From the human T2T-CHM13v2.0 reference genome, Homo sapiens, in the NCBI RefSeq assembly GCF_009914755.1, contig NC_060944.1: a DNA stretch of 64,000 nucleotides; one strand, written 5' to 3'. Below are positions 62,132 through 64,000 of this stretch, in pieces (position 1 is the stretch's first letter; every line of letters begins with the position of its first letter). The notes under the pieces were generated by a model, which was given only the letters and a program-made list of their open reading frames with translations, made no database searches and was not told the origin of the DNA. Position numbers and translations under genes: made by a program.

Positions 62132-62293
62132 CTGTGGCTCTCCACCTTAGCTGCACCTAGAATCACTTGCGGAGCTTTTGATGTCCAAGCCACTCTTCAG
62201 ACCATTTGACTCAGAACCTCTAGGGGTGCACCCCAAACATTTGAAAACTCTCCAGGTGATTCCAATGTGCAGCTAAGGTTGAGAATCACTGCT
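62132..62293. mobile_element. MER5A
   Basis: agaatcacttgcggagctttt...ctccaggtgattccaatgtgcagctaaggttgagaatcactg. Confidence 0.8.
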
Positions 62294-62819
62294 TTAAAAG
62301 CACATATTAGAAAAGAAAAAACATTCCTCTCAATAACTCAGAACTGCTAATTAAACCTAAAGAAGTAGAAGAAAGAAAAATATAAATAAGAGCAAAAATT
62401 AATGATCTAAGGGAAGAAGTACAGTAGAGAGGATCTTAAAAACTGTCAGTTGGATCTTTGAAAAGAGTAAGAATAATATTGACAAACCCCTGGCAAGATT
62501 AACCAAGGAAAAAAGAGAGAAGGTATATGGTATATGTAGCCAATGTCAGAAATAAAAAAGGGGGCATTCCTCCAAATCCCGCAGACGTTTTTTTCCTCCA
62601 GAAGGGTATTTGATGAACAACTTTATGTGAATGAATTTGAAAATGAAACAGATGGAATGGGACCATTAAAAGAAAAATATGCAACTTGCCAAAACTGACA
62701 CAGAAGAAGTAAGGAGCCTGAATAGTTCTGTATCCATTTTTAAAACAACACTAATTTAAGTTTTGTCATAGTGAAAACTCTAGGCCCCAGGTGGCTTCAT
62801 TGGTAACATAACCTTTTTA

Positions 62820-63126
<307 letters not shown>

Positions 63127-63327
63127 TCATCTTAATCAATGGAGGAGATAAAGCATTTGATAAAATTTAATACCCATTCATTTTTAAAAAAATTTCTTAG
63201 AAAACTAGAAAGAGAAACTTCTGGAACACTGATAATGGAACAACATAAAAAGTCAACAGCAAACCACTTTCTTAATGGTAGAATGTTAGAAGTTTGAGTT
63301 TGGGAACAAGACAGAGATCCACTTTCC

Positions 63328-63642
63328 ACAGTTTCAATTACTCAGGGTCAACCGTGGTCCAAAAACATTAAGTGGAAAATTCCAGAAATAAACAATTTAT
63401 AAGTCTTAAATTGTACTCCATTCTGAGTAGTGTGATGAAATGTCGTGCCATCCTGCTTCGTCCCACCTGGGATAGGAATCATCCCTTGGTCCAGTGTATC
63501 CACGCCCCTATGCTACCCACCCACTAGTGTCTTGGTTATCAGATCTAAAAATCATAGTATATGTAGGGTTCAGTACTATCCATGGTTTCACGCATCCACT
63601 GGGAGGCTGGGAATGTAACCCCACAGATTAAGCAGGACACTA
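63328..63642. mobile_element. MER44-like Tigger MITE
   Basis: gtggaaaattccagaaataaacaatt...agggttcagtactatccatggtttcacgcatccactggg. Confidence 0.85.
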
Positions 63643-64000
63643 TATTGCCAAATCCAAAGGATACTTTTTGGTTCTCCTCTTCTTGACTTCTCGGTGATAT
63701 CAACCAACTGACTGCTTCATGAGCGAGACTCTTCCAGCCGTCTCTGACCCATGCTGCCCTACTGCTGCTTCTTAGCCTGCCTATTATGCAATCTTTTCTA
63801 TTCAGCCTCTCACTGTTGATTTTTTCCCAGACCTTGACCCTGGCCGTCTTCTCACTCTGTGTTCTCTGACTGGACTCTGCCTTCCCCATCTGCAGCACGA
63901 CATGCCCAGAAGTGACCAATTCCATCCTTCCTCACCGGTGTTCCCCACCTCACTAACTGGCAACATGGCTCTGCTGGTTCCAAGCCACTTCTCTTGCTTT

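Overview
Primate genomic DNA matching human ATRN (attractin/mahogany), which I recall lies on 20p13. The gene is on the + strand and the window is entirely inside it. Fifteen GT-AG exons (about exons 11-25 of the membrane isoform; numbering inferred) splice into one continuous frame: the end of the Kelch region, PSI repeats, a C-type lectin domain, two laminin-EGF domains and the start of the transmembrane region. The long intron after exon 24 holds a sense L1PA 3' fragment (50693-50991). It supplies a splice acceptor, VQTEQ-stop and an ATTAAA signal, and is the known terminal exon of secreted attractin. Most of the remainder is repeats: about 30 Alu/FLAM copies, old L1/L2/MIR, DNA-transposon fossils (MER82+Tigger3, MER85, MER3, Tigger4a, MER8, Charlie-like, MER30, MER5A, MER44) and tandem repeats. 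Repeat family names come from recalled consensus sequences, not a search. The sequence does not demonstrate a new biological system. The best leads concern control of secreted versus membrane isoforms: (1) a candidate in-frame 111-nt cassette exon at 58595-58705, (2) an inverted Alu pair and Alu/L1 junction abutting the L1 exon, (3) candidate intronic polyadenylation after exons 14 and 18, (4) an RBFOX motif cluster and (5) a hairpin-capable 35-bp tandem array.
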